A DNA stretch of 64,000 bases, taken from Phoronis australis (lineage: Eukaryota > Animalia > Phoronida). The stretch is from the NCBI GenBank assembly GCA_002633005.1, contig NMRA01000789.1, forward strand, positions 80,398-144,397, given 5' to 3'. The notes under the pieces are model-generated. The model saw nothing but the letters and a program-made list of their open reading frames with translations, did no database searches and had not been told where the DNA came from. Each line of letters starts with the position of its first letter. The first letter of the stretch is position 1. A program made the translations under genes and the position numbers. Positions 10,960-25,017 of the stretch are shown piece after piece.

Positions 10960-13101
10960 CTGGGGAAGGGGAGACAATTACAGATAGCATGAAGCACACA
11001 CACGCATAGATAGAAAGGACACAGATACGGCGACTTCGACACAGTGCAACACAGGAGGTCAAACTGTCGCTTCATTGAAGGCTTGTAGTCCATTGCCATT
11101 TATCTAGTGTGTAATGTCACATAACTTATGTCAGAGGTCTTGTTTACTCAGTCACTACGCAGCTATAGGAAAAATTATGTGCGCGTTTGCTAGAAGGGAG
11201 TCCAGTTAGAATTTGGAGAGATGCAGAGTAGTCGGTCAGAGAGCATATGAGGACCACTGGTGGCTTTATTTTAAAGCTGCATTTCGTCATGTTAAGCTGG
11301 CTGAAAATGAAAATGGAATTAGGCCTTTCACATGGTTTCATAATATTCCTCAATATCATGATAGGATTCTATTTTTGTTTCCAACAAGAACACCAAAACC
11401 ATCAGTGACTCGAGGAAATGCCTCAGACTTAATTGGGAAATGGTGCACGGTGGTAAAGGAAATGGACTCCTATCATGGTAAGGAATATTATACGATCAAT
11501 TACATGACAGTAAAAGGCCTAATTCGATTTTCGTTTCTTCGCCGGCCAAACTGGGTGAAATATAATTTGAAGTAAACATAATCATGAATTGATAGATTCT
11601 GATCGTTTACCATTTGGCCACCAAGGGCATTGGTTGTTAACTTAGTCCAACTCACCAGCTGTCTCCTTATTTCACAATTTGACCACAAGGTGGGCTGTAG
11701 TGATGTGTACACCTAACTAGTTGGTTAATATCCACGTAAGATTGTGACATGTATGGAAATTGATGATGTAGTACGTAACAAAACAGGAAAATTCTTGTGG
11801 ACTCATAGGCATACAGTTACGCAATTGTGACTACTAAGTTGGACTATTGCCTCCGGTCCCCGAAGTGTACAAAGGCAAAGTTTCCCCGCGTGTAAAACAT
11901 CTACAGAAACCTAGAGAGTGTACATGAAATTTTCAAAATGTCCCTTATTTACTTAATAAAGACAACTGTAACTATTATGGCAATATGAGCGAACACAAAA
12001 CTCTGAACAGGCGATGTTGCGTGAACTGCTCGAAATTGAACATTTTCAAAATTTAAGGATTACAAAGAAATATAGTCTGCCTCGTCTCTTACAGCTGAAA
12101 TACTTTTAAAAACCACATTAAGAGTTCACAAACATAATCAAACAAAACTGTAATCAACTTCATCTAAAATCAACAAAACTTTCTAAGTACATATCGCTTA
12201 CTAATGGTACGGTAATTCTCGACTTATTTTGCACAAAATTTTAATTTTGTGCAAAATATTATAATTCGTTTTTCAAAGGCCGATTTCTTTACTACAAATA
12301 ATGAAAAAAATTACCAAAAACGTTATTTTATGATTTCTGCACAGTATAAACCATGCTGAGGATGATCAAACATTTCTTTAATCTTCATATTTTGGGAAAT
12401 TTAACAAAACAGACTTTCACATGTCGGCCATATTGTGTGCTAAATGAGTAAAGATGTACCATAAGGAAAACACTTAAAATAAAAGAACCTAGTGAAAAAA
12501 AAATGTTAGAAAAGTGGCCAGAACGCCTGCTCAAACAAGTTTAAGAATGGCACATGTTAAGATTGCAAGTTATGTTACGCGATAAGTTAAAACATGCCAC
12601 TCTGCTACATGCCAGGTACAGTTTCAGTCACAGATATAACATCCAAGCAATCTACGCGAATATAGTGAAGTTTTAAATTCTGTGCAAAAACACAAATTTT
12701 CAAAGGCTTAAAACACTTCTTCAAATTGGAAACATCACTAAACCATGCGATCAATGAAGAAACTTTCTAGTGAATTACCTCTATTAAAAGAGTTTTGACA
12801 AAAATGAAAAACAACTCCAACAGTACCAAAACATACTTCATTTGTTAAGCCAATACGCACAATGAATTTATTGTCTAATTATAACCATTGTCACATGTAT
12901 TCAGTCAGAGATGAACATCCAGGCATAGAACACAAACTAACACAGCACAACTATTCCTTTGTTTTGCTAATGTTATTTATGAAATACTTAGGAAGTGATT
13001 TTGCATTTGGAAGAACGGTTTTATTGTTCGAAACTTAATTCAGTGGTTCTGATATACTTGCTTTCATCAGTTGGAATACAGATTTCTGTGCTTAGCAAGT
13101 C

Positions 13102-13340
13102 GATGCCCAGTTCAGAGAGGTGAATGGCTGCAACCAATGGTTGATGCCCAGTTCGGAGAGGTGATTGGCTGCAACCAATGGTTGATGCCCAGTTCGTAGA
13201 GGTGATTGGCTGCAACCAATGGTTGATGCCTAGTTCAGAGAGTTGATTGGCTGCAACCAATGGTCGATGTCCAGTTCGGAGAGCTGATTGGCTACAACCA
13301 ATGGTCGATGCCCAGTTCAGATAGGTGATTGGCGGCAACC
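13102..13340. repeat. 41-bp minisatellite, about 6 copies
   Basis: Unit gatgcccagttcggagaggtgattggctgcaaccaatggtt. Confidence 0.95.
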
Positions 13341-14069
13341 CCTGGTTTCTAAATCAACAGTTTCCAGGAACACAACTCAAAATGGCAATATTCGTGTAAT
13401 CAACCTGCATTATCATTCCATGAAATTTCAACGTCGCAATGTGCCAATGAAAGTGCAACATTCCCAAAACCCTTGACAACTATGCAAACTAACTAGCGAC
13501 AGAAGAACCTGGAATACTCTTGACATGGATCACAAAAAGAACCTTTGCAAACCCTGGGTAATCCCACTAGACCTGTCTCGCACTCTGTGAGTTTTTAGCC
13601 TGTTCATAACTGTTTTGGTTCCTATAGTCAGGTATGTACACCTTTTCAACACAATGCAGTCTACATGGAAAACACCTTCAATCATTGCCGAATGCGTACA
13701 ATTAAAGGATTACATAACTGCAGCTGAAATTTGTAAGACACAAACCATTGACACGGTTATTACAGAACCTGGATTCGTAGGAACTTGATTTTTTTAACAA
13801 ATATGCATCTTTATTTTGTATCATAGTAAAGGATTACAAAACTGTCTAAACTCCATCTTTATATTTGGCGCTTTTGCAATCTGTGATCAAAGTTGCTGAC
13901 AGTGACATGAAACCACATTTAACCAATATCTTAATGTTCGAATAAGAAATAATAAATACATTAACTACGATAACATTTCTTCAAAATACCTAATGAGGCC
14001 CTAAACAAGCCTGCATTCAGCCAAATACCTACAAAATTATACATTAAACTCGGCAAAACTTTATATTTT

Positions 14070-14465
14070 TTGAAAGTAGAAAGACTGCAGAATTGGATTT
14101 TTGGTTTAAAACCATACTGCTACTTCTTGGTTTATGTGACGACGTCTTTTCACCAAAATTTAGCAAAAAGGAAGAAGCATCCATACAGCGCCATCAAAAA
14201 CACCACCACATTTTGTTTGATAAGAAATGTTCAAGATGAAATCTCAAAAACGCTATTGCAGTTTTCTAAAATACCATTTCGTTTACGTTTTATACAACTT
14301 TTAATTTTTTTCATAAAAACCCATAAAAGTCCTGGTTTTGATAGCCGCTAATGAAAAGGTGGAAAATTTTAGAAAAAAATCCTGAGGACAGATCATAAAA
14401 GATAGCATCTGAAAGTTTCATTTAAATCTGATAAGCCATTTCTGAGATGAGATGTTCCAAACTTG
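14070..14465 (+). repeat. Degenerate dispersed repeat copy (same family as 39650-40030)
   Basis: Shared blocks aaagtagaaagactgca and atctgaaagtttc...agccattt.tgagat; boundaries approximate. Confidence 0.55.
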
Positions 14466-15166
14466 GACAATTTTGGACATTTTTGTTCGGTAATAGGTAA
14501 CTGTAAAATGATGCACCTTATGACACACACTAGAAAACCAAGACTCCTAGATTCTATTAAAGATATTCAACTAGTAGAGTGCATGATTTCGCCAGACGCT
14601 ACAACACAGGGTGACATACACAGCTGGGACAGTGACACACAGTTACATCAGACTGACCTACCTTTGATGTACATATCGTCCTCTAGTGGTGCGTGAAAGC
14701 ATTAGTAAGTCGGCGAATAAGAGGACGGGTTACAAGGCGAAAAAGCGGTTAAGCAACAGAATGGAGACCATCAGTGAGGTAGGTTTAACGCGTTATTTGA
14801 AAGCATGAATTCAAAGCAATAATTTTAAACATCTGCAACGTTTTTGTAAACTTTTTTGAAAAACTGGAAACTGATAATTTTTGGCAATCATTATTAGGCA
14901 AAATAATTGAAGAATTACCAACTTTGCACAATTGTGTTTTTTCTGCAAATAAAGTGTCCAACAAAACAGGCGTTGAAGCGCACCATAACATTTGACAGAA
15001 AAACGACCGTCTTGTTTTTAAATAAATTAATAGTTAAAAGAGGTAGAAAAACTACAGGCAATTTAGGAATACACAATCTCGTTCAAATTATACAAAAATG
15101 AAATAAAAGCTATTGTGAGCAAAATGAAGTAAAAAGAAAAACAAAACTGGAGTTGTCTCCACTCAC

Positions 15167-15352
15167 TTGTGATGGAATGGGGGCGCTGCGCGGTGTTGGC
15201 CGGACTACCTCCGCTGGTGCCTGTACTGGCGCTCATGAGTGAAACCACGCTCTCCGAGCTCTGATCGCGACTACGTGGGCTGAACATTGGGTTCAAGGTC
15301 ATCTTGAGGTCATGCGCCGTGCCGGACTGAGTAGGTCCACTGTCAGTCGAGC
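15167..15352 (-). CDS. TANC: TANC linker exon (GSTDSGPTQSG...SSESVVSLMSAS...RPHSIT)
   Basis: Acceptor ttgttctttccag, donor gtgagt; 186 nt, phase 1-1; GC-rich island. Confidence 0.88.
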
Positions 15353-15609
15353 CTGGAAAGAACAAGAAATCATTTTCAATGTTTACCACCTAGTCTTTTC
15401 ATAACTTTTGAATTTAAAAACCACCAGACAGCAAAATGATAAAAAGGTTTAGTTTTTGGCACAAAATAGCGCACTTGGACAGAGCTCATCAGGATCTACT
15501 TAAGAAAACAACAAAATATTAATAGTAAAAACAACAATGGGAATTTCATATCTTTCTCAAAAGAGCAACTTACAGTTTTTAATTTTGGAATTATTAAAGA
15601 CAACTGTTT

Positions 15610-15750
15610 GCAACGCACACACAGTTACCAATCCTATTTCAGTCCCTCCTCAAATTAAAACCATCACTAATGTTTTACGCAACGCACACACAGTTACCAA
15701 TCCTATTTCAGTCCCTCCTCAAATTAAAACCATCACTAATGTTTACGCAC
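15610..15750. repeat. 69-bp tandem duplication
   Basis: gcaacgcacacacagttaccaatcc...catcactaatgttt x2. Confidence 0.9.
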
Positions 15751-17994
15751 ATAGAATCTGATATAAATCACAGAAAATAAGCATACAGGTCAACACTTAC
15801 TGATTACAGATTTTATGTGGTACACACTGGATTACATGGCAAATACCTCAAGCCCAAACAACAACTGATTCGGACAATACCAGGACAATACCTTCGAGTG
15901 ATCTCCATTCAGACACTCCAAGCCTCGGTAAAGAAGCCAGAGTTGTTGAATGAATAAAAAAAAATCTCGGCATAATTTCTGACATCCCCAACAATCCACA
16001 CTGACACTTTGGCTGGAATGCCGAACACCGACTTAAACGAAGGAAATAATTTCCGCACCTGCCCGTGGCTATGCACGTTGGTCCTTCCTCTCCTATAGGC
16101 TTAAATTTCTTACAGTTCCCTAAATACCACTGGGACAACCGGTCCAGTGTTATGAGAAATTGACACATTGGCAATTAGAAGAAATGTGGTCCGAATAGTG
16201 GTTAATAAAGCACACGATACACAGACCTGTTGAGAGCTTGAAAGAGTTAACAACAGGGCAATAGCATGGATTAGCCCTCATTTACTCATTAGGTCAGTTA
16301 ATTTGAACAGCGGGTCCGAGGAGCCGTGGAGTGGTTAGTCTGATGGCTATTGGGCCCCAAAGCTATCTAAATGACTAAAAATGGTTAGACTAAAATGATA
16401 CACTACATGGGAACAGCATGGGCATCCACTTATTTGAAACAGAAATTACCATAAAATTGTTCGCGGGAAAGAACACATCTCTGTCATTATTTGAACAAAT
16501 GCAATGTCGAAACTTGGTATCACAGCATCAGCTGGACAATGAAAATTCATTAATATTGGACATGCAGAAAATAAACACTTTTCTAAAAATAAAAAGCTAT
16601 CTATCTTTGTGAGAACAGGTAAATTCATGAATGTGTTTTACTGTGAAAAAATGCTATTCTTATTAATAAAATATAACAGAAATTCATTCTTCCTCGACAA
16701 GTTTCAGCATGCAAAGTTGTTGCGGATGTCCCTCACACAGTATTTCCGCCACAATTACAGTGTTTGTCCAACGCTGCATTTCTGCATCAAAGGCCGAAGC
16801 CGAATCAACAAAGACACTAACTGACTTGATGGGTGTCCCTTTGGTCGGAACCTTTCGTAAGTCGTCTTTACTTATTTTCCGCTAATTAAAGGTATCAACA
16901 GATTGGCCTCACGTTCGTTCCAGTACACACACTGCATCATTCTGCACTAGTGCTATGACTTCGGAACTGTTTCAAGGACCCCAAGACACTGAAATGGACC
17001 CCTCAAATGTGGAAGGTGTGTACAATGACTCCAGTGTTTGAAGCTGTAGAAAAACGCAGCAAAATTAATATGTTAACTGCAGTTACAATGTATGAGCACC
17101 ATTAAAAAAATTTAAATTACAAGAATTTTGTCGTGTATTTAAAATTAAAGGTAAAAAGAAAACAAGACTATAAAGTTGACGTGCTGTAATCTTTCTTTTC
17201 ATACAGGATTTCAACGGTTGAAACACGAAAAGATTCTCGGGCATCTGGTAACAAAATCTGCATAATGAATATGTCTAACGACAAAGACTACCTTAAACAG
17301 ACCAACAGCCCGTGAAAATCCTTGAGCTCCCGTGGAATCACAACAAAAAATCTCTTCAACACAGAGCGACAGCAGTTAAAAACACCAGACTAGCACCACT
17401 ACTGGCATACAGAAAGTTTCTTTCGAATCCCAATCATACAGCTAATCTCTTAAGTGCACCCCATAGGAATGTCCAAATGTCTAAAAGCTCAAAGACTCTA
17501 ACAGCCAGCAGGCTTTAATTAGGTGGGCTCACGTTTGTAGCCTGAAAACATTGTGGGCTGTTTTTTAACACAGCCATGTGTTAGACCATATGCACGCACT
17601 CAAAGATTGTTGAGAACATTAGACAAATGTGGCTCCTTAATACTGTTACTACTGTGTTACACATTCAACTAAATGCCTTAATTGAAAAACCAACTTAGTT
17701 GTAGAGCATAACTTTCAGTTGAAGCAGCTACAAACGTATCATCAATGGTAAAAACGTATTTCTGATTTACACTAAATATCATGATGAAATTGAGACAATA
17801 TTCACTTACAGTGGTCCCAGATTTTAAGATCCAGTTCGATGTCCATTATTCATAGAATAAAAAAGGTTCTCAAACTACGGGAACCCTGTTAATGACGTCA
17901 ACTGAAATTGGTGTCAAATTATTCCTTCACGTCAAATTTCAGGAGTAGATTCTGGACTTGGAAAGAACTGTCAGTTTGTTACTTATTGAGATAC

Positions 17995-18115
17995 TGACTC
18001 TACAAGTTGATGTTACACAGCAGGTCATTGTATTGACTCTACAAGTTGACGTTACACAGCAGGTCATTGTATTGACTCTACAAGTTGACGTTACACAGTA
18101 CGGTAGGTCATTGTA
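17995..18115. repeat. 39-bp minisatellite x3
   Basis: Unit tgactctacaagttgacgttacacagcaggtcattgtat. Confidence 0.9.
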
Positions 18116-18626
18116 TGATCTGAGCGTGGTCTCAACCAATAACGGACCGTCAAATTTTTCCAGGCTCAAAAATCACTTCTGATCTGAGCTGGGAACGAGT
18201 TGAGATTACTTTTATAACGGCAAGTAGTCCAAATGAAATTAGTTTCTTTGATGAAAAGCTCTCATGATCGTTGATTACAACAAAAATTTGATCAACGCTA
18301 CTGGATAGGAAAGAGGGAGGAGAATACAATCTAAATTTAAACATAATTTATCCGTAATCACCTCCGGAAACCGGAAAACAGGGATGTGTATCAAAACTAA
18401 CAGGGAAGAAAATTACCATGATTTAAATCAGTAAAGACTGAGGGTCAGTCAAGGTGGCAGGGCCACTCAGACACGTGCTAGCCATTAATTGTACATTAGT
18501 ACTGACATAACAAAAATAATCGCCAGATTAAATGCAGCCTTGTGTCTGAAGCGATCTGAGCATGCCAGCCAGAAAAAAGTATGGGAAGCGAGCGCAAGAA
18601 AACAAACACGATAAAGCAAATGCCAA

Positions 18627-18730
18627 GAAAATGAGAATGAGAAAATGAGCATGAGAAAATGAGAATGAGAAAATGAGCATGAGAAAATGAGAATGAGAAA
18701 ATGAGCATGAGAAAATGAGAAAATAAGCAT
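18627..18730. repeat. 28-bp purine-rich tandem repeat, about 3.5 copies
   Basis: Unit gaaaatgagaatgagaaaatgagcatga. Confidence 0.9.
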
Positions 18731-21700
18731 TAGAAGGTGAGGATAGGCCAATCAACATAAGAAACTTCAGAACATGGAACAGCAACACAGACTGTAAAAT
18801 AAACTGTTTTTCAACCAAAACAATATAAAGTAGAGAGGAGATGTGAAATATTGACTTCCACAGGCAGGAACTGCATCATCGAAAGCTTGAGGGACCATGT
18901 TACAACCATTGAACACAACAGAGACAGGATAAAGAATGGATACATGAAGGTTCTGTGCCATTGTTGTTGTAAGCTTTAAAGCCCATCTTCAACAGTAACG
19001 CCTGTAAATTTGGTTCCTTCAGCATGTTAAGAGCATCGCTTTGAGCCTACTAGTGAAATAAATTGCTAAATGTAACGAATTGTTAGGTATATTGGCTTGC
19101 TTTTGTCTACGTCACCACAAGAATCACCTCTTAATTCTAAGAGCAGCCAATAACACCTGCACACAGCAGTGGTGTTCTATACAGACCCCAATTCAATACA
19201 ACCTTTCGTTGTTTGTGCTGGGATCTGGCGGTGACGCAACATGGCGGTGATGCAACATGGCGCAAAAAGGCAGCTTCACTTATCATTTGACGGGCCTACA
19301 CTTGCGTGATTGAACTCACATTTTCTTATTTTACTAAGGCTTTGATAGGACTATCTGGTTAGCCCAATACATCCAAAATAATAAAATTCCCTTGCACTGT
19401 ATATGGCTAAAAATCTCCAGTTTAAGGCAGGGTAGAACTGTCTTTAGCATTCTCAAATATCAGAAACTGCATATTGTATCAACAGAGTCTGAAAATAACC
19501 ACCTATACAATGTTTTCATGTGTAACCACAGTGTGTGAATGATCCTTTGTTGTTGATCATAATTTTTAAATTTGGTACAGCCAAGATTGTCTATTGTTAA
19601 AATTTGATAGCTTGAATGAGTAATAATTAATTTTCACTGTCCCAAACTAGAGAATTTTTAGCGTAATAACTTCTCCAGGAGAGCCTTTGTGCTTGGCTGT
19701 AGCACTGTTAAATATTGGTTTGAAAACTAGTGCTATGACATTTGAGAGACCGTCTTTAAGCAACACGGTACATTTTTTGATTTCTGATATTTGCTCAATG
19801 CATCGATTACAGGACTTTGTTTATAAACCCTCCAAAGTAGGGAGTATGGACAATGACTTTTTGAGCCATACACAAGAAATTTGCAATCCTCATCGAGTTT
19901 ATATTTTCTATTGTGGAGAACACTGAAGAAACATGCGGATACAAACTGCAAGCAATTGTGCCAGCCTTGGCTCAATTTTAATTCAAATGACCATGAAACC
20001 AATCAGAAGAAAAAATGACGGTGAACGCACAGAACACATTACCACAAACAACTTTGCCATACCAGCATGCTTCTCACAGTCGACAAACAAACATTTTGTC
20101 GTAGATAATTTTTGACAAATGTAATGCAGACTTCCAGGGGTGATGGCCAACAAAACAAATGATAAGAGTTAAAAATTAAGTGTGGAAATCATTAGTCACT
20201 AGTCAATAACTCTACTGAAATATTAAACACAATGATTTTTGGAACTAATTATCTGCGAAAACAAGCAAAAATAGAGGACTCCACACACTGAATATTCACA
20301 AGGTTTCGTTCATGGCAATCCAGTGAAGTGAAAATAACATTCGATGCCACAGTAATAAATGCTACAGTCTCTTGAAAGATGTAGGATTGTTTACAAGGCA
20401 ATGCATTGAAAAGGAATACACCACAATCAACTGTCTAATGGAGTCGTGTTCAGCATTAAGCAACAGAAAGTATTTACTGGAGTCCAGTAAATCTCTTATA
20501 CACAGGGGCGTATAAAGGATTTTGAGTTGGGGGGAAGGGCAGAGTATTAGCCAGGATTTTCCCCTCAGACATTCACACCCCCAACTCCCAAATGGAATCT
20601 GGGAGAATTTTAGGGGGCGGGGGGGGCTAGCCCCCTTGACGCGCAAGTGCAAAGTTGTGAAATTGTGAATTCCACATAAACAAATTAATCACTTATTTAG
20701 CACACAATATGGCCGACAAGTGAAATTCTAGTTTGTCATATGTCTCCACAAAAATAATGATTACAGAATATTTTAGTCCATTAATAGCACGGTTTATACT
20801 GTGTAGATGTTGTAAAACAACATTTGGTAAAGTTAACTCTGTTTGCAGCAAAGTCTTTGAAAATGGAAAAACAATTTTGTCAATCATTTTTGTACAAAGG
20901 ATTACTGTACTCTACTCACATGGTGCATCATGAACAGACCCAAACTGAACAGTAAGTTTATATACAAACCAAAGCAGACCTTGAATAGAAAGAAAATTGG
21001 AGAGAACCACATCAAAGTTCACAACAAAGCAATTTTTCCAAGCAAGCCTAGGCTGGCCCACCAAGACTACCAAGTGCCGGCCTCTATTGGCAAAAACCAA
21101 GATAAGACAAACATCACTTCTGTTCTCATCAGTGGACAATAACTGGGGGGGGGGGGGGGGCGTNTCGGCCTTAATAGGTGAACAAATTCAGGTGTACAAG
21201 AATGCCTAAGAAAGGGTGAGATTTATGGCATGAAACACTACAAAAGAGAAGTGTTTCAAGTCAAGAAGAAAAACCTACTAAAGGATAGCTTTTCATGGCA
21301 GCTCCCTACAAATGGGTCCCCTTCTTCAGAGACCACTTTCTAAATGAGCAGATATCTTAATATTCCAGCTACATCCACCTCAAAAATAAAGTCAAATACC
21401 CCCTCCCTCTAGACAATAACATAAAAACTAGGTCCACACAATTGTGGCATCATGCAGTGATGAAAAATAGTCAATTTCCAAATGTTATCAGACTACCTCA
21501 GTTACTATAAGTCCATTATCAAACAAAAAAATCACATGAGTTCAGCATCTATAAAGCTTGTTCACAAGGATTCGGTTCTTGTGAAATAGTGGGAAACATC
21601 TGAATGGTTACAGTCCAATAGCAAACGTGATCAAGAAGGTGCCCCCTGTTGACAGATGGGAGAACAGGTGTCCCAACAGAGTTGACAGGAAGGTGGCAAC

Positions 21701-22000
21701 ATATTTGCCACTGAGTGTGGACTTCACAGACATGGCCAGAACACTGTGAGGTCAAACTGCTTGCAAGGATTTCCCACGAAATCAGGCTGGTTGTTGAAGT
21801 AAAAACCAGTGGAACCAGAAGCAAAACCAGTGAGCTCAGGAAATAGTCTAGACAAAGATTAAACACAGTTATGCACATTTTCACCAAAAAAATCAAACCC
21901 AGAAAACTATTTATTTATTGCACCACTGTAAGAGCCACAGGTGAGTACCTACGAAAATGCTAATTAATTTAAAATACTGTTGAGCAGTGTATTTATTGGC

Positions 22001-22304
22001 TGCCCTCTCTCCTGCACAAATAACATGCCCACATACAGTGCCCTCTCTCCTCCACAAATAACATGCCCACATACAATGCCCTCTCTCCTCCACAAATAAC
22101 ATGCCCACATACAATGCCCTCTCTCCTCCACAAATAACATGCCCACATACAGTGCCCTCTCTCCTCCACAAATAACATGCCCACATACAGTGCCCTCTCT
22201 CCTCCACAAATAACATGCCCACATACAATGCCCTCTCTCCTCCACAAATAACATGCCCACATACAGTGCCCTCTCTCCTCCACAAATAACATGCCCACAT
22301 ACAC
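22001..22304. repeat. 38-bp minisatellite x8
   Basis: Unit tgccctctctcctccacaaataacatgcccacatacag; also present at 63017-63150. Confidence 0.95.
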
Positions 22305-22347
22305 AACTCCCTCAAGTCATCAGACAGCAACTCCATGAGCGGACACT

Positions 22348-22466
22348 NNNNNNNNNNNNNNNNNNNNNNNNNNNNNNNNNNNNNNNNNNNNNNNNNNNNN
22401 NNNNNNNNNNNNNNNNNNNNNNNNNNNNNNNNNNNNNNNNNNNNNNNNNNNNNNNNNNNNNNNNNN
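22348..22466. other. Assembly gap (N run)
   Basis: Run of n characters. Confidence 1.
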
Positions 22467-22791
22467 GCCCGTCCACTCCCAACCCACACAAATTTGGCTG
22501 CAGAGCGGTAGTATTTGTCGCCGCGCTTAACAATAACACGAGCCGCCATTGAAAATCAGACCACGCTTTACCCAGATGCCCCGGCAATGTTGACAATTTA
22601 CGTTCCTCCGAAACATAAAGGCTTCCGCTTTCCGAGGAGAACGTCGTCTGCAACGCCGCGGTAAGAAAGGAATTTGCCGCGGCAATTTCATATCAAATCC
22701 GATTTTTTTACGCGGAAATATTATAAAAAAAGCCGAAAGCACATTTCAAAAAAGCGGAAATCCGCGTTTCCGCGGAAAATTCCAAGCCCTG
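22467..22791. mobile_element. Right end of a hAT-like non-autonomous element
   Basis: Subterminal (c)cgcgg(aaa) repeats ending in attccaagccctg, the reverse complement of cagggcttggaat at 63865. Confidence 0.6.
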
Positions 22792-23776
22792 TTTGTAATG
22801 AGTGTCAACAACACTGCTATGATAAAAAACAAACTGAAATAACATCGAAGGCACAAGATCAAAACATATATGTCAAGGGTTATGTTTAGGGGCAAACTCA
22901 GCCAATAGCCACATAAAGCTGCTATCCCACCAGGGGCCCCCGGGCCTCCATTTTGTGACTAAATATTGGGCCCATTCAACCCTATGAAAATATATCAAAA
23001 TCATGCAAAATTACCCTCCAATGATCAGAAAATTTGACTCAAGATTAGAGTCACTTATCCAAAACATTAGCCTCAGTTATTTAAGGTAATGTCAACGAGG
23101 GGTGGTGACAGAGGGTGGTGGTAAAGGGGGCTGAAGTGAATTTTTGCTCAACCAAGAAATCCCCTTTCAAAAAACACAGGTACTTTCCCTACAGGTGAAT
23201 GAGGACCCTCCCCACATTCCCTAAAACAAAATGAACCGCTAAAAACTGATCTTGTCCTGTTTAAGAAGTGGTTACTGGGTCATTATTGCTGGAGACCATG
23301 GACAGCGCAAAGAATGACCGCTGTAACAAGCCAATGTATAGAGCTTGGGCCCATGCAATAATGAACTGACCCTTCTTTACAACCTGGAAATCACTTCTGC
23401 TATAACTGAGGAACAATTTGAGACCAAAATCAAAACAGTACGAGGTCCAAATCAAAAGTTATCTATTGTGACGGAAGGCAGCTTTTTGGACACATTAAGT
23501 ATTTTTCAATTCTTCAAAAATTAAGTTATGAACATAGGCATACCTATCTACTGATGGAAATAGTAGTTTTCAACACCATGACAAATTTCATTAAAACTGA
23601 AGTTATGATGAAAACACCAAAAAAAATAAAGATAACATAATCACAGCGAATTACTTGAAAATTAGTCCAAATCTATGCTACAAAATTTTGAAGAACTTCA
23701 CCAAGATACGATTTTGTCAATGCTTGTAAAACAATTGTAGAGTAAAAATAGTACAGAAACATTGTCACCAACTCAC

Positions 23777-23992
23777 CAGTCGTCACTGTCGACATAGGAC
23801 TCCCGTTGTCCACCGTATGTTTCTCCGGCGTTAACAACTCCGTGCTGTTCAGCGATGAAACGCTGGTAAACGTATCTTCTGTCTGATTAGCTGAGTGTAC
23901 TGCACCGCCGCGATCACCCAGTAGTAGACCCAGCCTTGTCATGAGGTCCTGTTGAGCGACATCTGGTGGCGGTGGTGGAAGTGCATCATCAG
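23777..23992 (-). CDS. TANC: TANC linker exon (ADDALPPPPPDVAQQDLMTRLGLLLGD...SPMSTVTT)
   Basis: Acceptor ttttttgttcacacag, donor gtgagt; 216 nt, phase 1-1; LMTRLGLLLGD resembles the conserved TANC N-terminal motif. Confidence 0.9.
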
Positions 23993-24950
23993 CTGTGTGA
24001 ACAAAAAAGCAATGAAAAACAGACTGGCAGATGATTGAAGGTTTACATGCAAGAGTAAAGCAAAACAAAACTTCCAATTATCGAAGAAGTTGTAATTGAA
24101 GGAAACCATAAAAGTTGCATCAGTAAAATTACAAATTAGTCATTTTTTCAGACTTCATATTTACTACCCACTACAACCAGTGCACATACAAGAAATTCTG
24201 ACAAATCCACAACTTCTTACCAATATCAAGCTAATTTTTTAAAATCTTATCTAGTAAATTGGTTACCCTTTGAGGCCAGGCATGTACAGAAACCTGAATC
24301 TTACCTTAACATAATCCAAACCTCAGGCCATTGCAATAAATTTTGTTTCCTAAACATTAGGCTCAACACTAGTATAAACAAAATCTGTCAGAGAGGATTG
24401 CATGGTGACCAGCTCCTACCACTCTCAACATGACCTCACAACTGAATACAGCAGGCACGTGGCTTTGTACTAAGACTTAAGTTCTGTTTTAATAAGGTAG
24501 AAGGAAGCTTAGCAGTCTGCACTGATGAGTTCTACATATTACCATGGCCAGGGGAATTATTTTTAATCAATAGACTGTACATAAACATCCCGTTGACCAA
24601 TAGAGCAGAATGTGGCCCCTTCACCCATGGTTTCAAACAGGCCTGGTTTCCGTCTCCGAAAAGAATTCTGTTTATATTTTTTGTTTCTAGTTGGTGTTGA
24701 AATTAATCTGCTGCAAGTAAGGGTCAACAGGTTAAAACTCTCGTTTTTATTAATGAAGACAGTTTTTGTGCTAAATTGCTTCAGCAAAGGCAGGTCAGCT
24801 GGCAGCCAGTGATAGTTTGAGATCAATCATGCAAATGTCACTGGGAACAAACAACGGTTCACTTCATACTTCATTTTATAGTTTTTGCCCAAAACGATTC
24901 CACTGACAAAAACCATTAAGACGATCAACTCAGTAGTATTGCACTTTTTT

Positions 24951-25017
24951 AATTGGGACTTGAACCCATGACCTTCTGTAATGGAAGTGGACACTAATCC
25001 CACAAGGCCGTGCTGCC
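24951..25017 (-). mobile_element. tRNA-derived SINE-like head / tRNA pseudogene
   Basis: Minus strand ggcagcacggccttgtgggattagtg...gggttcaagtccc has Pol III A-box-like and B-box motifs; no clean cloverleaf. Confidence 0.5.

Noticed and set aside
10960-11099. ORF MAMDYKPSMKRQF... as an alternative start
   Set aside because: It is out of frame with the 10870-10959 exon and I found no convincing donor.
11600-12150. Possible SINE/retroposon body with cagctgaaat...aaac tail
   Set aside because: Boundaries, TSD and a Pol III head could not be defined by eye.
17893-17900. CRE palindrome TGACGTCA
   Set aside because: About one 8-mer match is expected by chance in 64 kb.
21911-22653. ORFs with repeated CMWACYLWRREG peptides
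   Set aside because: Translations of the 38-bp minisatellite and the N-gap.
24951-25017. Functional tRNA gene (also 35749-35808)
   Set aside because: A/B boxes are present but acceptor and anticodon stems do not pair convincingly; treated as SINE-like remnants.
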